A stretch of 64,000 bases of DNA, taken from an uncultured Candidatus Saccharibacteria bacterium. GTDB taxonomy: Bacteria > Patescibacteriota > Minisyncoccia > Phycocordibacterales > CAIZLB01. The DNA lies in assembly GCA_964607805.1 (NCBI GenBank), contig CAZSLF010000002.1:36269-100268 (forward strand), written 5' to 3'. The position numbers were made by a program, and so were the translations under genes. Shown here in pieces: positions 38,199 through 48,131 of the stretch (positions within the stretch are counted from its first letter, which is position 1; every line of letters begins with the position of its first letter). The notes under the pieces are model-generated. The model ran no database searches and was not told where the DNA came from. It saw only the letters and a list, made by a program, of their open reading frames with translations.

Positions 38199-39580
38199 TA
38201 TTGAACGATTGTATCACGAGAGGCATCTGTAGATGAAGCTGTATCTGTACCGCCAATTGTTGGGTCTGTAGATGAAGAATTACCAGTTGCAACCGGTTCT
38301 CCAGTAGTACCACTATTCAAAAGTGAGGCAATATCAACTTTCCCATCTAAACTATCCTTAGAATTCTTCTCAACTTTAAGAATCACTTGAATTTCAGCTA
38401 GATTTCTAAGTGTTGAACGTGATTGTGCCGTAGCATCGCCAAATTGACCTGCTTTAATATGATTATTTATTTGAATAATAGATGAACTAGCGTTATCCAA
38501 TCGCTTATTAACCAATTCTATTGTAGTTGAAGCATATTCATATGCCTTCAATTCAGTTTGAATATCGATAATAGTGAATCTTAATTCTTTAATATTTGAA
38601 TCATATACCTGCTGAGCCGGCTGAGCAGAACCTGCAAGGTTTATAGAAGACGATGCAGCAATACTAGCCATAACTTTTTCTTGAATATCAATTCTAGAAT
38701 TCTTTGTCATGTCTAGTTCATTCTTCAAAGTTACAAGCAAAGACGCAACTTCAGGTTTAGCTACAAATTTCTTTGCGTCAATTGCAATAGCAAGTTGTGT
38801 TCCGTCTGGGTTGTCAGACATAGCAACTGTTGCGGTTGAAGAAACGGTATCACTTACAGCCAAACTACCATCTGGGTTATGAGCAAGTGAAAGGCTTTCA
38901 AGAATTAATTCATGAGTCGTAAGGGCAGATTCAAAATCCACAACTACTTCTTGAGCCGCGTTCAGGTTATTTTTTGAAACTAGTGAAGCAACACGATTTC
39001 GGATCTGTTCAGCTCTCTTTATAAATTGATCCTGTAAAATCTGCTTATTTTCTTCACTTAAATTACCCTGTGCAGACAATACTGCAGCTTCCTGTAGTCT
39101 TTTTTCAGTGATTTCTACTGCTAATTTTGCTTTTGCCTCGTCTGTAACCGCTGTTAGATCTCGAATTGATTCGTTAACATTTAATTTTACAGAATATAGA
39201 GAGTCTCCTGGTAAAGCTTGTTCTGCGAGAAGTGAAGCGCCTCCAGTAAACAAAAGTAGAAAAGAAGCGACAAGTGCTGGAACAAATTGTCTTCGTTTTA
39301 TGTATGTAAATAGGTTTTGTGAAAAAGACAACCCGAAAGTAAATCTACCGTTCTCCGTCTTTTCAACTAGTGAACCATTCTCAGATGAATATGAACCAAA
39401 TTTACTCGCCTTTTTATCAGAGTGAACAAGAGACACTGCCTCGATCTTTTCAATAACCAACATGGATTGCTTAAAAACCTCACGTTTTTCTTCGGGAGTC
39501 ATAGCTACCTGTCGGTAACCTTTTATTAAATTTTCGAAATTAGATTCAATCATATGTGAGTATATCCACCTTGAGCACAT
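38198..39580 (-). CDS. Putative membrane-anchored anti-sigma factor; the assignment rests on position and topology
   Basis: 460 aa with one TM (FVPALVASFLLLFTGGASLLA) and a long extracytoplasmic coiled or low-complexity domain. Translationally coupled to the upstream ECF sigma and the downstream zwf. Confidence 0.4.
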   Translation of the reverse strand: MCSRWIYSHMIESNFENLIKGYRQVAMTPEEKREVFKQSMLVIEKIEAVSLVHSDKKASKFGSYSSENGSLVEKTENGRFTFGLSFSQNLFTYIKRRQFVPALVASFLLLFTGGASLLAEQALPGDSLYSVKLNVNESIRDLTAVTDEAKAKLAVEITEKRLQEAAVLSAQGNLSEENKQILQDQFIKRAEQIRNRVASLVSKNNLNAAQEVVVDFESALTTHELILESLSLAHNPDGSLAVSDTVSSTATVAMSDNPDGTQLAIAIDAKKFVAKPEVASLLVTLKNELDMTKNSRIDIQEKVMASIAASSSINLAGSAQPAQQVYDSNIKELRFTIIDIQTELKAYEYASTTIELVNKRLDNASSSIIQINNHIKAGQFGDATAQSRSTLRNLAEIQVILKVEKNSKDSLDGKVDIASLLNSGTTGEPVATGNSSSTDPTIGGTDTASSTDASRDTIVQ

Positions 39581-40082
39581 CTTTTAATATTTTAATTGCT
39601 CGGTGAATACGAACGGAAACAGTGTTTTCTCTTTGGCCTGTTGCTAAAGCAATTTCTTTAACAGTTAAGCCGTCTATATACCGCATAAGCATAAGAGCCC
39701 GATCTTCGTCCTCGAGATCATGTATAGCTTTGATTACAATTTCAGCGTCTATTTCGTCTACAATCGAATGGTTTGAGTTTCGGTGATCGTTTGGATCAAA
39801 GCCTTCCTCGAGGAGAGAGTCAAGAGATAATTCTTTCTTCTTGCGGTAATTGTCAATTATTGCGTTTCTGGCGATTCGATATAGTAGTGCTTTAATATTG
39901 AGAATTTCTTCAGCATCGGACGCCATATATTCCCATACCTTTACAAATGTGTCCTGGACTACATCCTTAGCTTTTTCACGGTCTGACAACTTATAGAAGG
40001 CAAACTTGAAAAGCGAATCAGCATGTTCGTCGTAGGCTTGTTTGAATACAATTTTGAGATCGGTATGTGTCCTTTTTGACAT
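39546..40082 (-). CDS. ECF-type RNA polymerase sigma factor (sigma-70 regions 2 and 4)
   Basis: 178 aa. Region 2 (…DVVQDTFVKVWEY…) and region 4 (…MRYIDGLTVKEIALATGQRENTVSVRIHRA…). Confidence 0.85.
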   Translation of the reverse strand: MSKRTHTDLKIVFKQAYDEHADSLFKFAFYKLSDREKAKDVVQDTFVKVWEYMASDAEEILNIKALLYRIARNAIIDNYRKKKELSLDSLLEEGFDPNDHRNSNHSIVDEIDAEIVIKAIHDLEDEDRALMLMRYIDGLTVKEIALATGQRENTVSVRIHRAIKILKDVLKVDILTYD

Positions 40083-40194
40083 AATTCATGACGTACCAGC
40101 GGGCAGGTTATTACAGAGTATGGCGAATCAATGCATATAATGGTAACATATTTGTAGCAGAAATTCATCAAAAAACAGTGCAAATCGTACATAT

Positions 40195-41211
40195 ATGCCC
40201 TCTTTATCTCCTCAAAAATTCAAAAATAGAGCTATAAATAAGGCCCAAAAACGTATAGTCACTTATGGTTGGGTAAAAATGCTCTTTCTTTTTATCACCC
40301 TCCTAGTTTGTGCACTTGGATTAGGTCTAATCCAGTCCGCTATGATCAGTAAACAGGCCTTTTTTGAGCGTTTAGAGACCTATATTAACTTTGCTAACCC
40401 GAATTATCGCTTCGTCTATATATATCCAGGCATGCGTCGTGAGGAGATTGTAGAGAAATACTCCAAAATTTTGGCCTGGGACGACAAAGACCGCCGCTGG
40501 TTTATTGCCTCTGCCCCGGCCGATCCAGACAACGGCGGCTATATGGACGGATATTTCCTAGCTAAAACTTACTTCGTTGAAAAGGATGCAACTGGCCAAG
40601 AAGTTGGCACTATGATGCATAAGGAATTTCTAGTGGCTGTTAGTGAAAAAGTTTTGGCGGATGAAAAACCTGATATTAAAGGAAGTGGCAAAAAAGATCC
40701 CAAAGATGAAGAAAATGAGGACAAAAAGGATAGTGACAAAAGTGGCGACAAAATGGTTGTAGATAAAAAAGAGAAAACTATAAAGGATCCAGTAAGTGAC
40801 AAAACTCAAGTTATTAATTTAGATACTGCAATTACTATTGCTTCTATTATACAAAGAGAAGCCGCTGGCCCTCATGATATGAATTTAATTTCAGGAATTA
40901 TTTGGAATCGTATGTTTAAAGGAATGAGCTTAGAACTCGATGCAACTTTGCAATATGCAAAAGGTGGTGAAGGAAATTGGTGGCCACAAGTTACTGGAAA
41001 AGATAAATATATTGAATCCCCATATAATACATATCAAAATAAAGGTCTTCCTCCTGGTGCAATCTCAAATCCTAGTATCGACGCTATAAACGCTGCATAC
41101 AATCCAAAGAAAACAGATTGTATTTTCTATTTGCATGACAATAATCGCAAAATTCACTGTACAAAAACTTATGCCGAGCATAAGAAGAACGTAGATCGGT
41201 ATTTGCGTTAG
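40195..41211 (+). CDS. MltG/YceG-like endolytic transglycosylase (paralog 2) with an acidic Lys/Asp-rich insert
   Basis: N-terminal TM and a C-terminal YceG core (…SPYNTYQNKGLPPGAISNPS…CIFYLHDNNRKIHCTKTYAEH…), colinear with 23383..24417. Confidence 0.75.
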   Translation: MPSLSPQKFKNRAINKAQKRIVTYGWVKMLFLFITLLVCALGLGLIQSAMISKQAFFERLETYINFANPNYRFVYIYPGMRREEIVEKYSKILAWDDKDRRWFIASAPADPDNGGYMDGYFLAKTYFVEKDATGQEVGTMMHKEFLVAVSEKVLADEKPDIKGSGKKDPKDEENEDKKDSDKSGDKMVVDKKEKTIKDPVSDKTQVINLDTAITIASIIQREAAGPHDMNLISGIIWNRMFKGMSLELDATLQYAKGGEGNWWPQVTGKDKYIESPYNTYQNKGLPPGAISNPSIDAINAAYNPKKTDCIFYLHDNNRKIHCTKTYAEHKKNVDRYLR

Positions 41212-41259
41212 TTAAGTCTGCACGGTTTAGCGAAAATTACCACGAGTTACCGCGCAGAG

Positions 41260-42576
41260 TTAGCGCGCAATTCCTAAAAATGGTATTGCCCAAGTTTTTT
41301 CTGGCTTGCCATCACTCCCTATCCTGTCTCCAGCTTTTCGTCTAGCCTTTCTTCTGTCCTCAAAATGCTCAACTGCACGGAAACTAGATCCTAACATAAT
41401 CGTATGCTCACCATATTTGCGATTTATATTGTCTACTTTTATGTTTAAATTTGTATGATCTTCTTTTTGTTTCGCATCAGAGTCATTTTCAAAATTATCA
41501 AAAAGAGATTTCATATTTGTAACTAAATCTTTAGGAACAAGACTTCGAAGTGTTAATCCTGACGCGCGAAAATCGACATGACCCTTGAAAATTTTGCCAA
41601 ATAATTTTCGGGCCACACCAATTACGACCAAAGGATCATCTGTAGGTCTTTCGAAAACAAATTCAGTACTAAAATATTTGAATTCCTGACTTTTGATAAA
41701 GAAAGTACACTCTTTCGCCTTAGCACCAACAAAACGCAGTCGCTCGCAAGCCTCTTCAATATTTTTTGAAAGGTGTGAGAAGACTATATCTTCTTTGCGC
41801 GAGGCTGGGACAAAAGTTCTAGAAGACATAATCGATTTTGGCATCTCCCTTTTTTCGCTACTTACATGTAGAACTGAGAAACCGTTTAGCTCGTTGTGGA
41901 TTTCACGATATGGTTTTGAAATATTAAGAGCTGTTAGTTGTGACGAGGTCAGGTCCGCGAAATTTTTAGCAGTCAAAATACCATGCGAACGCAAAAGTTT
42001 AGTTGTAGCCGTACCAATTCCCCAAACTTTTTCTATTGCGAGATTTTCTAGGAAGCTTTGACGATTATTTTCTTGGATAATGGTATACCCTGCAGGTTTC
42101 CGATGTTTAGAACCAACCTTTGCCAGCACCTTAGTCGCCGCCAATCCTACACCAAAGGTTAATCCTAGCTTTAACTCAATTTCTTCTTTGATTTTTCTTC
42201 CAATTTCTGCATAACTTATTCCGAGCACTTCGTCGAGTCCTGTTATATCTGCAAAGCATTCGTCTATACTATATTCTTCAACAACTGGAGTATATTTGCG
42301 GACAATTGAAAACATTCTGCGAGCAAAAATCGCATATGATACATAATCTGAGGCAACAATTATAACTTCAGGACAAAGTTTACGAATATCAGCAACCATC
42401 ATGCCACGAGTAATACCTTTAGCTTTTGCTTCATAGCTCATAGCAGCTGCAATAAATCGTTCACCGCCAGTTACAATTGGTTTACCTTTTAGACGCCAAT
42501 TTTTTACTTGCTCAACAGATGCGAAGAAAGCATCGCCATCGAGATGTAAGATTGCTCGGTTTTTATAGTTTTTCAT
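41260..42576 (-). CDS. dinB: Y-family DNA polymerase (DinB / Pol IV-like)
   Basis: N-terminal ILHLDGDAFFASVE… (the DMDxFFA(A/S)VE motif), …SIDECFADITG…, and palm/fingers/little-finger length. Lies 20 nt downstream of lexA. Confidence 0.85.
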   Translation of the reverse strand: MKNYKNRAILHLDGDAFFASVEQVKNWRLKGKPIVTGGERFIAAAMSYEAKAKGITRGMMVADIRKLCPEVIIVASDYVSYAIFARRMFSIVRKYTPVVEEYSIDECFADITGLDEVLGISYAEIGRKIKEEIELKLGLTFGVGLAATKVLAKVGSKHRKPAGYTIIQENNRQSFLENLAIEKVWGIGTATTKLLRSHGILTAKNFADLTSSQLTALNISKPYREIHNELNGFSVLHVSSEKREMPKSIMSSRTFVPASRKEDIVFSHLSKNIEEACERLRFVGAKAKECTFFIKSQEFKYFSTEFVFERPTDDPLVVIGVARKLFGKIFKGHVDFRASGLTLRSLVPKDLVTNMKSLFDNFENDSDAKQKEDHTNLNIKVDNINRKYGEHTIMLGSSFRAVEHFEDRRKARRKAGDRIGSDGKPEKTWAIPFLGIAR

Positions 42577-42596
42577 TATAGATTGCCGCGCAATTA

Positions 42597-43238
42597 TTAC
42601 TTATACTTTCTAATAACCGAAACAACCACACCAATTATCTGCCCTTCAGTTGGATATATTATTGGGTATTCAGAATTTGCAGGTTCCAGACATAGCCTAC
42701 CTTCCTTCATAGCCAAGAACTTTATCGTATAACCGTCAGGTAATAGTGCCACAACGATATCACCAACCTTTGTTTCGGCACCACGCTCGAAAATAACCAT
42801 ATCACCTTCACATATTCCAGCTTCGATCATAGAATCTCCGCGCACTTCTAAAAGATAACTGGCGGACTTATCGCGCACAAGGTAATCTTCGAGGTGCATT
42901 ACGTCCATTAATTCTTCTTCAACAGGCGTAGCAAAACCAGCTTGTATACTTCCAAGAAAACGAATGGTTCCACTCTGAGGTTCAATTGCAATATTTCTCG
43001 AAGTTGTTAAACCTTTTGCTTCTTTTGCATAAACACTTGGCATAGTTGGAAAATCTTCACCAGGAGAAAGCTTGCCGTTTTTATCTTTATTTATAAAACC
43101 AAGAGCTGCTAATTTATTTATTATATAGAAAGCAGAGCTTCTAGAACTTACACCAAAAATTTTCAAACACTCAGTAATAGAAGGCATGCGCCAATATTTC
43201 TTGAAAAATGATTCAAGCTTAGCCAACTGCACCATATA
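42597..43238 (-). CDS. lexA: LexA repressor (wHTH plus S24 autopeptidase)
   Basis: C-terminal …VRGDSMIEAGI…GDIVVA… with the Ser/Lys dyad (GDSM…K). Start placed at MVQLAKL (43238) so that the SOS box lies upstream; the longer ORF to 43316 would contain the box. Confidence 0.85.
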   Translation of the reverse strand, partial: YMVQLAKLESFFKKYWRMPSITECLKIFGVSSRSSAFYIINKLAALGFINKDKNGKLSPGEDFPTMPSVYAKEAKGLTTSRNIAIEPQSGTIRFLGSIQAGFATPVEEELMDVMHLEDYLVRDKSASYLLEVRGDSMIEAGICEGDMVIFERGAETKVGDIVVALLPDGYTIKFLAMKEGRLCLEPANSEYPIIYPTEGQIIGVVVSVIRKYK

Positions 43239-43282
43239 ATTTTCAGGCTTTTTCTTTCTCTTCACAATACCTATATTATAAT

Positions 43283-43296
43283 CGAACAATTGTTCG
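43283..43296 (-). promoter_or_regulatory. LexA (SOS/Cheo-type) box CGAACAATTGTTCG immediately upstream of a TATAAT -10 hexamer (43275..43280)
   Basis: Perfect GAAC-N4-GTTC palindrome about 45 nt upstream of the lexA start. Confidence 0.6.
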
Positions 43297-43388
43297 AAAG
43301 CTAGATGCAGATTCACAGTTTTTTAGCAATAGAAAGCACACATAGAAGATTCATGAAGAAACCCCTCTGCATATATCATATATATAAC

Positions 43389-46376
43389 CTATCTACCCAC
43401 TCTATCCCTCGTAATTGCTCCAAAATACCCTTCTGCAGGCGCAATACCCTGTGCCTGCTGGTAACTAATCAAAGCTTGTTTAGTAAGAGGCCCGAAATAT
43501 GTAGTTGGCGCAAGAGTTCCAAGGTTTAAGTGTCCGGCAGATTGTAGGAATATCTGTAATTGTTTTACATCTTCTCCTGACATGCCAATTTTTAGATCTC
43601 TGTAAAAAATATTGGCTGGTAAGTTTTGTGAATTAGGAGTGATTGAGGTATTTGGAATATTTTGAGCAGCTGGTGTTAAATTTATATTATTAATTGAAGC
43701 TCTCGTAATCGCTCCGAAATATCCTTCGGCTGGAGTAATATTGTTTGCTTGTTGATACTTAATTAGAGAAGCTCGAGTGATTGGACCAAAGTATCCAGTG
43801 TTGTAAATTGGCTCAAGTAGATTTTTTGAAATTAGTAGATTTTGAAGTTGTACGACGTCTTCACCTCTCATACCCACTGTCAGGTTACGCGTGAATATCA
43901 TGCTTTGCATATCGTTTGGTATGTTTGGAGTTCCGACAGCACCACCAGAGTATGTTGTACACCTCTGCCCTGTTATTGTGTTAAATATCTGACCTGTACT
44001 GCATACAATTGGATTGTTGTTAGCGGGTGGTATGTATGTTATAGCTCCTCCTCCAGATGAATACCCTCCACCACCACTACTTGGACAAGCACTTGTTGAG
44101 AAGCTAGTGATAGCTCCAAATCCTGTATATTCTCCACCTGCAATTGCATATGGTCTAAAGTAATATGCTGTACCACATGTTAGAGATGAAATATTAGATG
44201 AAAAAGTTCCAGCTGAGTTTTTGTTTCCTAAAGTAGTAGTTGCAATTACAGTTGAGAGAGTTACATCTGTACCATATGCAAAACCATGCTGACTAATAAA
44301 TCCACTACCTACATCTACAAGAGTTGCATTGATAGTTGCAGAAGTTGGTGTAAGTGAGGAAGCTGCAGTACTAGTTACTGACGGAGCGGAGCAAACCGAA
44401 ACTGTTCCATTTACCGTACCGCTATTTGTAGCGGTTGGTGAGAAACAGGCGTTGCCCGTTACAGTCCCATAGTTGATACTATCATCATGAAAAGCGGCAT
44501 TGCCGTTAATTACATCACTATTATTACTATCATCATTAAAAATACTGTTACCAGTTAAAGTGTTGTTATTTCCTCCGGAGCTATTAAAAATATAAAGTGG
44601 ACTACCAACAACTACACCAGAGTTGCTCCTGCCACTATTAAAAACATAACTTGTAATAGCTATACCATCTGATCCATATACAGTTCCACTAACATCATCT
44701 GACCAATCCTCTGTACTGAAAGTGAATACCCCACCACTAGGCACCGATGTATGATACCCAAGTGTATTGTATGTAGCATTACCTGTAATTGTACCTCCAC
44801 TAATACTTGTACCGTTAAAAGTTGCATTACCATAAATATTTCCATCATTGGAACTAGCATCATTGAAAGTAGCGTTACCATGTATATCACCATCATTATT
44901 ACCATTATCATTGAAGATTGCGTTACCTGTTATTTCGCTTCCCATACCCCAACCCCCGTTAAAAACATAACTAGTGATCGCTACATCGTCAGATCCATAT
45001 ACAGTACCGTTGACTATACCTCCCCAATTTTCTTGGCTTAAAGTAAATACCCCTCCGGTTGGAGCCGTGGTATGGTATCCAGTGGTATTAAAAGTAGCAT
45101 TGCCTGTTATTGTTCCGTCATTTAGTGAGCCGCCATTAAATACAGCATTTCCATTTATAGTACCATTGTTACTGGTAGTACCATTAAAAGTAGCGTTTCC
45201 ATTTATAGTTAGATCATTGTAACTAGTATCATTGAAAATGGAATTGCCATTTATTGTACCTTGGTTATTGCTGCTCGCATAAAAGTTAGCCGTGTCTGCT
45301 ACGTTAATTTCAATACTCGACGAAACAGATAGAATAAAACTAATTTTGTTTACAGAAGCAAGCGCACCGCCATTTGTAACAATATTCTCATAAATTCCAA
45401 CATGATCACTTGAATCCGGTAGCGCTAGTGCCTGAACAGTAAATCCTATATCGCTCCACCAATTATCTAAATTATTCCAGTCACCGTCTGATGACCCGTC
45501 GAAATATAGATCTGGGTAATTATGATAGGTTACAGCACCATTAACTGTTCCACCTATTGGGTTAGTTGCAGGAAAATAAACGTCGACAGCACCTGTAACT
45601 ATCCCATCGTTTTCTGCAGTCTCACGAAAGATATAATTAGTAATTATCACACTATCAGATCCATATACAGTACCTGTAACTTCACCCGACCAATTTAAAG
45701 TACTCAAAGTAAAGATTCCTCCACTCGGTGCAGATGTGTGGTAAGCGGTTGTATTAAAAACGGCGTCTCCATTAATAGTTCCATAATTAGAACTCTGACC
45801 ATTGAAAGTAGAAGTACCTATTACGGTACCACTTGCATTGTTAACACTAAAATCATTAAAAGTTGCAGTACCCTCTATTACGCCGGTTGTGTCATTGTAA
45901 CTTTCATCATTGAAGGTTACATTCCCATTTATTGTATCTGCACTACGACTTTCATCGTTAAAAGTTACATTTCCATTAATTACACCTTCTGTATCACTCT
46001 GATTATTGAATACAGCATTGCCGGTTATTGTTGCTGCATTTGAACTTGTACCTTCGAACGTAGCAATACCTCCAACAGAGATTTCTAGTGCGCCTAAATA
46101 GTGACCACTCTCAACATTCATCGAGTTAATTGAAATAGGGTCCCCTGAATTAGTATCAACAGGTGCCTGGATGCGTACATCATCGCTTGAATCTGGGAGA
46201 GCTAAAGCTTGAATTGTATGTCCTGCATCACTCCACCAACTATCTAAATTAGCCCAGTCACCGTCCGCAGCAGAATTGTCATAATATAAAGTATCAGCAG
46301 ACGCGAAAGCAGGCGTGAAGAAAAGAAAGGCAAATATAAAAACTAATATCAAATTTTTAATTGAACGCATTCCCAT
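43389..46376 (-). CDS. Large secreted repetitive surface protein (995 aa) with two C-terminal peptidoglycan-binding (PG_binding_1-like) domains
   Basis: Signal peptide (…FTPAFASA). A duplicated ~40-aa module (LYYDNSAADGDWANLDSWWSD… / LYFDGSSDGDWNNLDNWWSD…). Many GNATFN/TINGNAVFN beta-helix-like repeats. A thrice-repeated FTLS(T/Q)xNW…GTVYGSD…IT(N/S)Y(I/V)F module. An Fn3-like segment. Two …GEDVxQLQ…YFGP(I/L)T…YQQA…GYFGAITR repeats. Confidence 0.75.
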   Translation of the reverse strand: MGMRSIKNLILVFIFAFLFFTPAFASADTLYYDNSAADGDWANLDSWWSDAGHTIQALALPDSSDDVRIQAPVDTNSGDPISINSMNVESGHYLGALEISVGGIATFEGTSSNAATITGNAVFNNQSDTEGVINGNVTFNDESRSADTINGNVTFNDESYNDTTGVIEGTATFNDFSVNNASGTVIGTSTFNGQSSNYGTINGDAVFNTTAYHTSAPSGGIFTLSTLNWSGEVTGTVYGSDSVIITNYIFRETAENDGIVTGAVDVYFPATNPIGGTVNGAVTYHNYPDLYFDGSSDGDWNNLDNWWSDIGFTVQALALPDSSDHVGIYENIVTNGGALASVNKISFILSVSSSIEINVADTANFYASSNNQGTINGNSIFNDTSYNDLTINGNATFNGTTSNNGTINGNAVFNGGSLNDGTITGNATFNTTGYHTTAPTGGVFTLSQENWGGIVNGTVYGSDDVAITSYVFNGGWGMGSEITGNAIFNDNGNNDGDIHGNATFNDASSNDGNIYGNATFNGTSISGGTITGNATYNTLGYHTSVPSGGVFTFSTEDWSDDVSGTVYGSDGIAITSYVFNSGRSNSGVVVGSPLYIFNSSGGNNNTLTGNSIFNDDSNNSDVINGNAAFHDDSINYGTVTGNACFSPTATNSGTVNGTVSVCSAPSVTSTAASSLTPTSATINATLVDVGSGFISQHGFAYGTDVTLSTVIATTTLGNKNSAGTFSSNISSLTCGTAYYFRPYAIAGGEYTGFGAITSFSTSACPSSGGGGYSSGGGAITYIPPANNNPIVCSTGQIFNTITGQRCTTYSGGAVGTPNIPNDMQSMIFTRNLTVGMRGEDVVQLQNLLISKNLLEPIYNTGYFGPITRASLIKYQQANNITPAEGYFGAITRASINNINLTPAAQNIPNTSITPNSQNLPANIFYRDLKIGMSGEDVKQLQIFLQSAGHLNLGTLAPTTYFGPLTKQALISYQQAQGIAPAEGYFGAITRDRVGR

Positions 46377-46429
46377 AATTATACAATAATTAACTTACTA
46401 GTCACGCAGATTACTAACAGTTAGCATGG

Positions 46430-48004
46430 CTAGTCCATAAGATATTTTTTCAACATCTCCTCTGTTCCGCCAATTTTCTTACCCTTATTCAAAAGTCCTG
46501 TGGGATCAAATAGCATTTTTATATCAAAGAAGGCTTTGAAGACTTTTTCGCCATAGAATTCTCTTATAAATGGCGTCCTCACAATTCCATCACTGTGATC
46601 AGCACTCATATTTCCATCTAAGGATTTAATTAGTTTAATAACATCTCGAACAAGAGCGATTATTGCATTGCCCACAGCTTCTTTCCCTTTCATAAAATCA
46701 AAGACAGGAATCATACGAATAGATCCATCACCAATATGCCCATGATATCCATATTCTAGATTATGTTTATCCAAAATATCCTTAAGCCCAGGAATTAATT
46801 TATCAAAATTGTGAATCGGCACGATAATATCCTCAATACAAGGCACAGCATGAAATCCTGGTCGATTATAATCTCGCATAACACCAAAACTAGATCGTCT
46901 AATCTTCCAAACGGCATCGTGGAGAGGCTCATCTTCTATGTATGAGACCCTGACAGGCCGCTTTAAAAGTTCATGTAGTGTCAAATTCGCGATTGAATCA
47001 GTTTTCTCCTGTGATTCTTCACTAAATTGTGCGAGGACAATTAGATTTGTTGTTTCCCCAAAAAATTGGTTGCATAGCTCAGTCTCATTTTTCAAAAGAT
47101 TTTTAGCTCTTTTAAATGTATTAATATCAAAAGTCTCAACGCCCTCTGGATTATGTCGCATAACTGTGTCTAGGATATATGGCAGTTCGTCAATTGAATC
47201 AACTGATACCACAAGTAATCGTGTAAATTTAGGAATATCTGCAAGCCTTAGAACAGCTTTAGTAGCAATCCCTAATACACCTTGAGAACCAACAAAAATT
47301 GGTGTTATATCCACTTTATCAATCGACATATGTGCTGCTGGGATCCTTTCAAGTCTAAATCCAGATGCAACTTTTGGTACTTTACCGATCGCAGTAATCA
47401 AATCGTCACCAACTTCAGTGCGAATTTTGACCAATTCTTTTTTAATTTCTGTGGATCGCAGCAATCCTTTAAGACTTTCTCCTGTATTTTCAAGAACACC
47501 TGTTCTAATTAGCGTTCCGTCAGCCAAAATCACTTCAAGACCCAAAACATTATCAATTGTAGCTCCGAGGCGAACACTTTTTTCTCCAGAAGCGTTGTTC
47601 CCGATCATGCCACCTATTCCACAAATATCTTTAGATGAAGTATATGCTCCGAAAAGCAAGTTATGCTCGGCTGCTGCTTTTTCAATGTCACGGAACATGA
47701 CACCCATTTCAACAGTTGCAGTTTTTGCAATCGGATCTATTTCAATTTTATTTAAATTTTCAGTTAAATTGAGAATAACCCCAGTCGTTAAGGAACCTCC
47801 ACTCATACAAGTGCCTCCTGCACGTACAGAAATAGTATCCGTAAACTTTTCTTTATGATTTCTTAATAAAATATTCGAAATTTCTTCAGAAGTTTTTGGA
47901 AAAATGACCCCACTTGGCACAATAGAAAAAACACTTGCATCGCGAGCATGCGTGGCGAGCACTTTTTCATCTTTCAAAATAACTGAGTCGAAACCTTCAG
48001 GCAT
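46430..48004 (-). CDS. FAD-binding oxidoreductase (FAD-linked oxidase family, GlcD/D-lactate dehydrogenase-like)
   Basis: N-terminal FAD-binding PCMH-type domain (…[12 protein letters not shown]…) and a C-terminal FAD-oxidase domain; 524 aa. Confidence 0.8.
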   Translation of the reverse strand: MPEGFDSVILKDEKVLATHARDASVFSIVPSGVIFPKTSEEISNILLRNHKEKFTDTISVRAGGTCMSGGSLTTGVILNLTENLNKIEIDPIAKTATVEMGVMFRDIEKAAAEHNLLFGAYTSSKDICGIGGMIGNNASGEKSVRLGATIDNVLGLEVILADGTLIRTGVLENTGESLKGLLRSTEIKKELVKIRTEVGDDLITAIGKVPKVASGFRLERIPAAHMSIDKVDITPIFVGSQGVLGIATKAVLRLADIPKFTRLLVVSVDSIDELPYILDTVMRHNPEGVETFDINTFKRAKNLLKNETELCNQFFGETTNLIVLAQFSEESQEKTDSIANLTLHELLKRPVRVSYIEDEPLHDAVWKIRRSSFGVMRDYNRPGFHAVPCIEDIIVPIHNFDKLIPGLKDILDKHNLEYGYHGHIGDGSIRMIPVFDFMKGKEAVGNAIIALVRDVIKLIKSLDGNMSADHSDGIVRTPFIREFYGEKVFKAFFDIKMLFDPTGLLNKGKKIGGTEEMLKKYLMD

Positions 48005-48056
48005 ATGTCTGTAAATTTTAGTTTATTACTCACTAATTATAACTTACAAATCAAAA

Positions 48057-48082
48057 ACCCGCACTGTCGTGCGGGGTTTTTG
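48057..48082 (-). terminator. Bidirectional hairpin terminator (cccgcac-tgtcg-tgcggg) with flanking A and T runs
   Basis: Seen directly. Terminates the minus-strand transcript that begins at the 48462..48489 promoter. Confidence 0.55.
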
Positions 48083-48131
48083 CGTTTTTTTTGATCTTTT
48101 GATCCATGTGCTTTGATCTTGGTGGCAAGTG

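Noticed and set aside
44660-45222. Short ORFs inside and antisense to the 995-aa surface-protein gene (44660..44911, 44751..45041, 44974..45222, 45738..46043)
   Set aside because: They are products of the repetitive coding sequence. The long minus-strand frame is continuous and carries the signal peptide and domain repeats.
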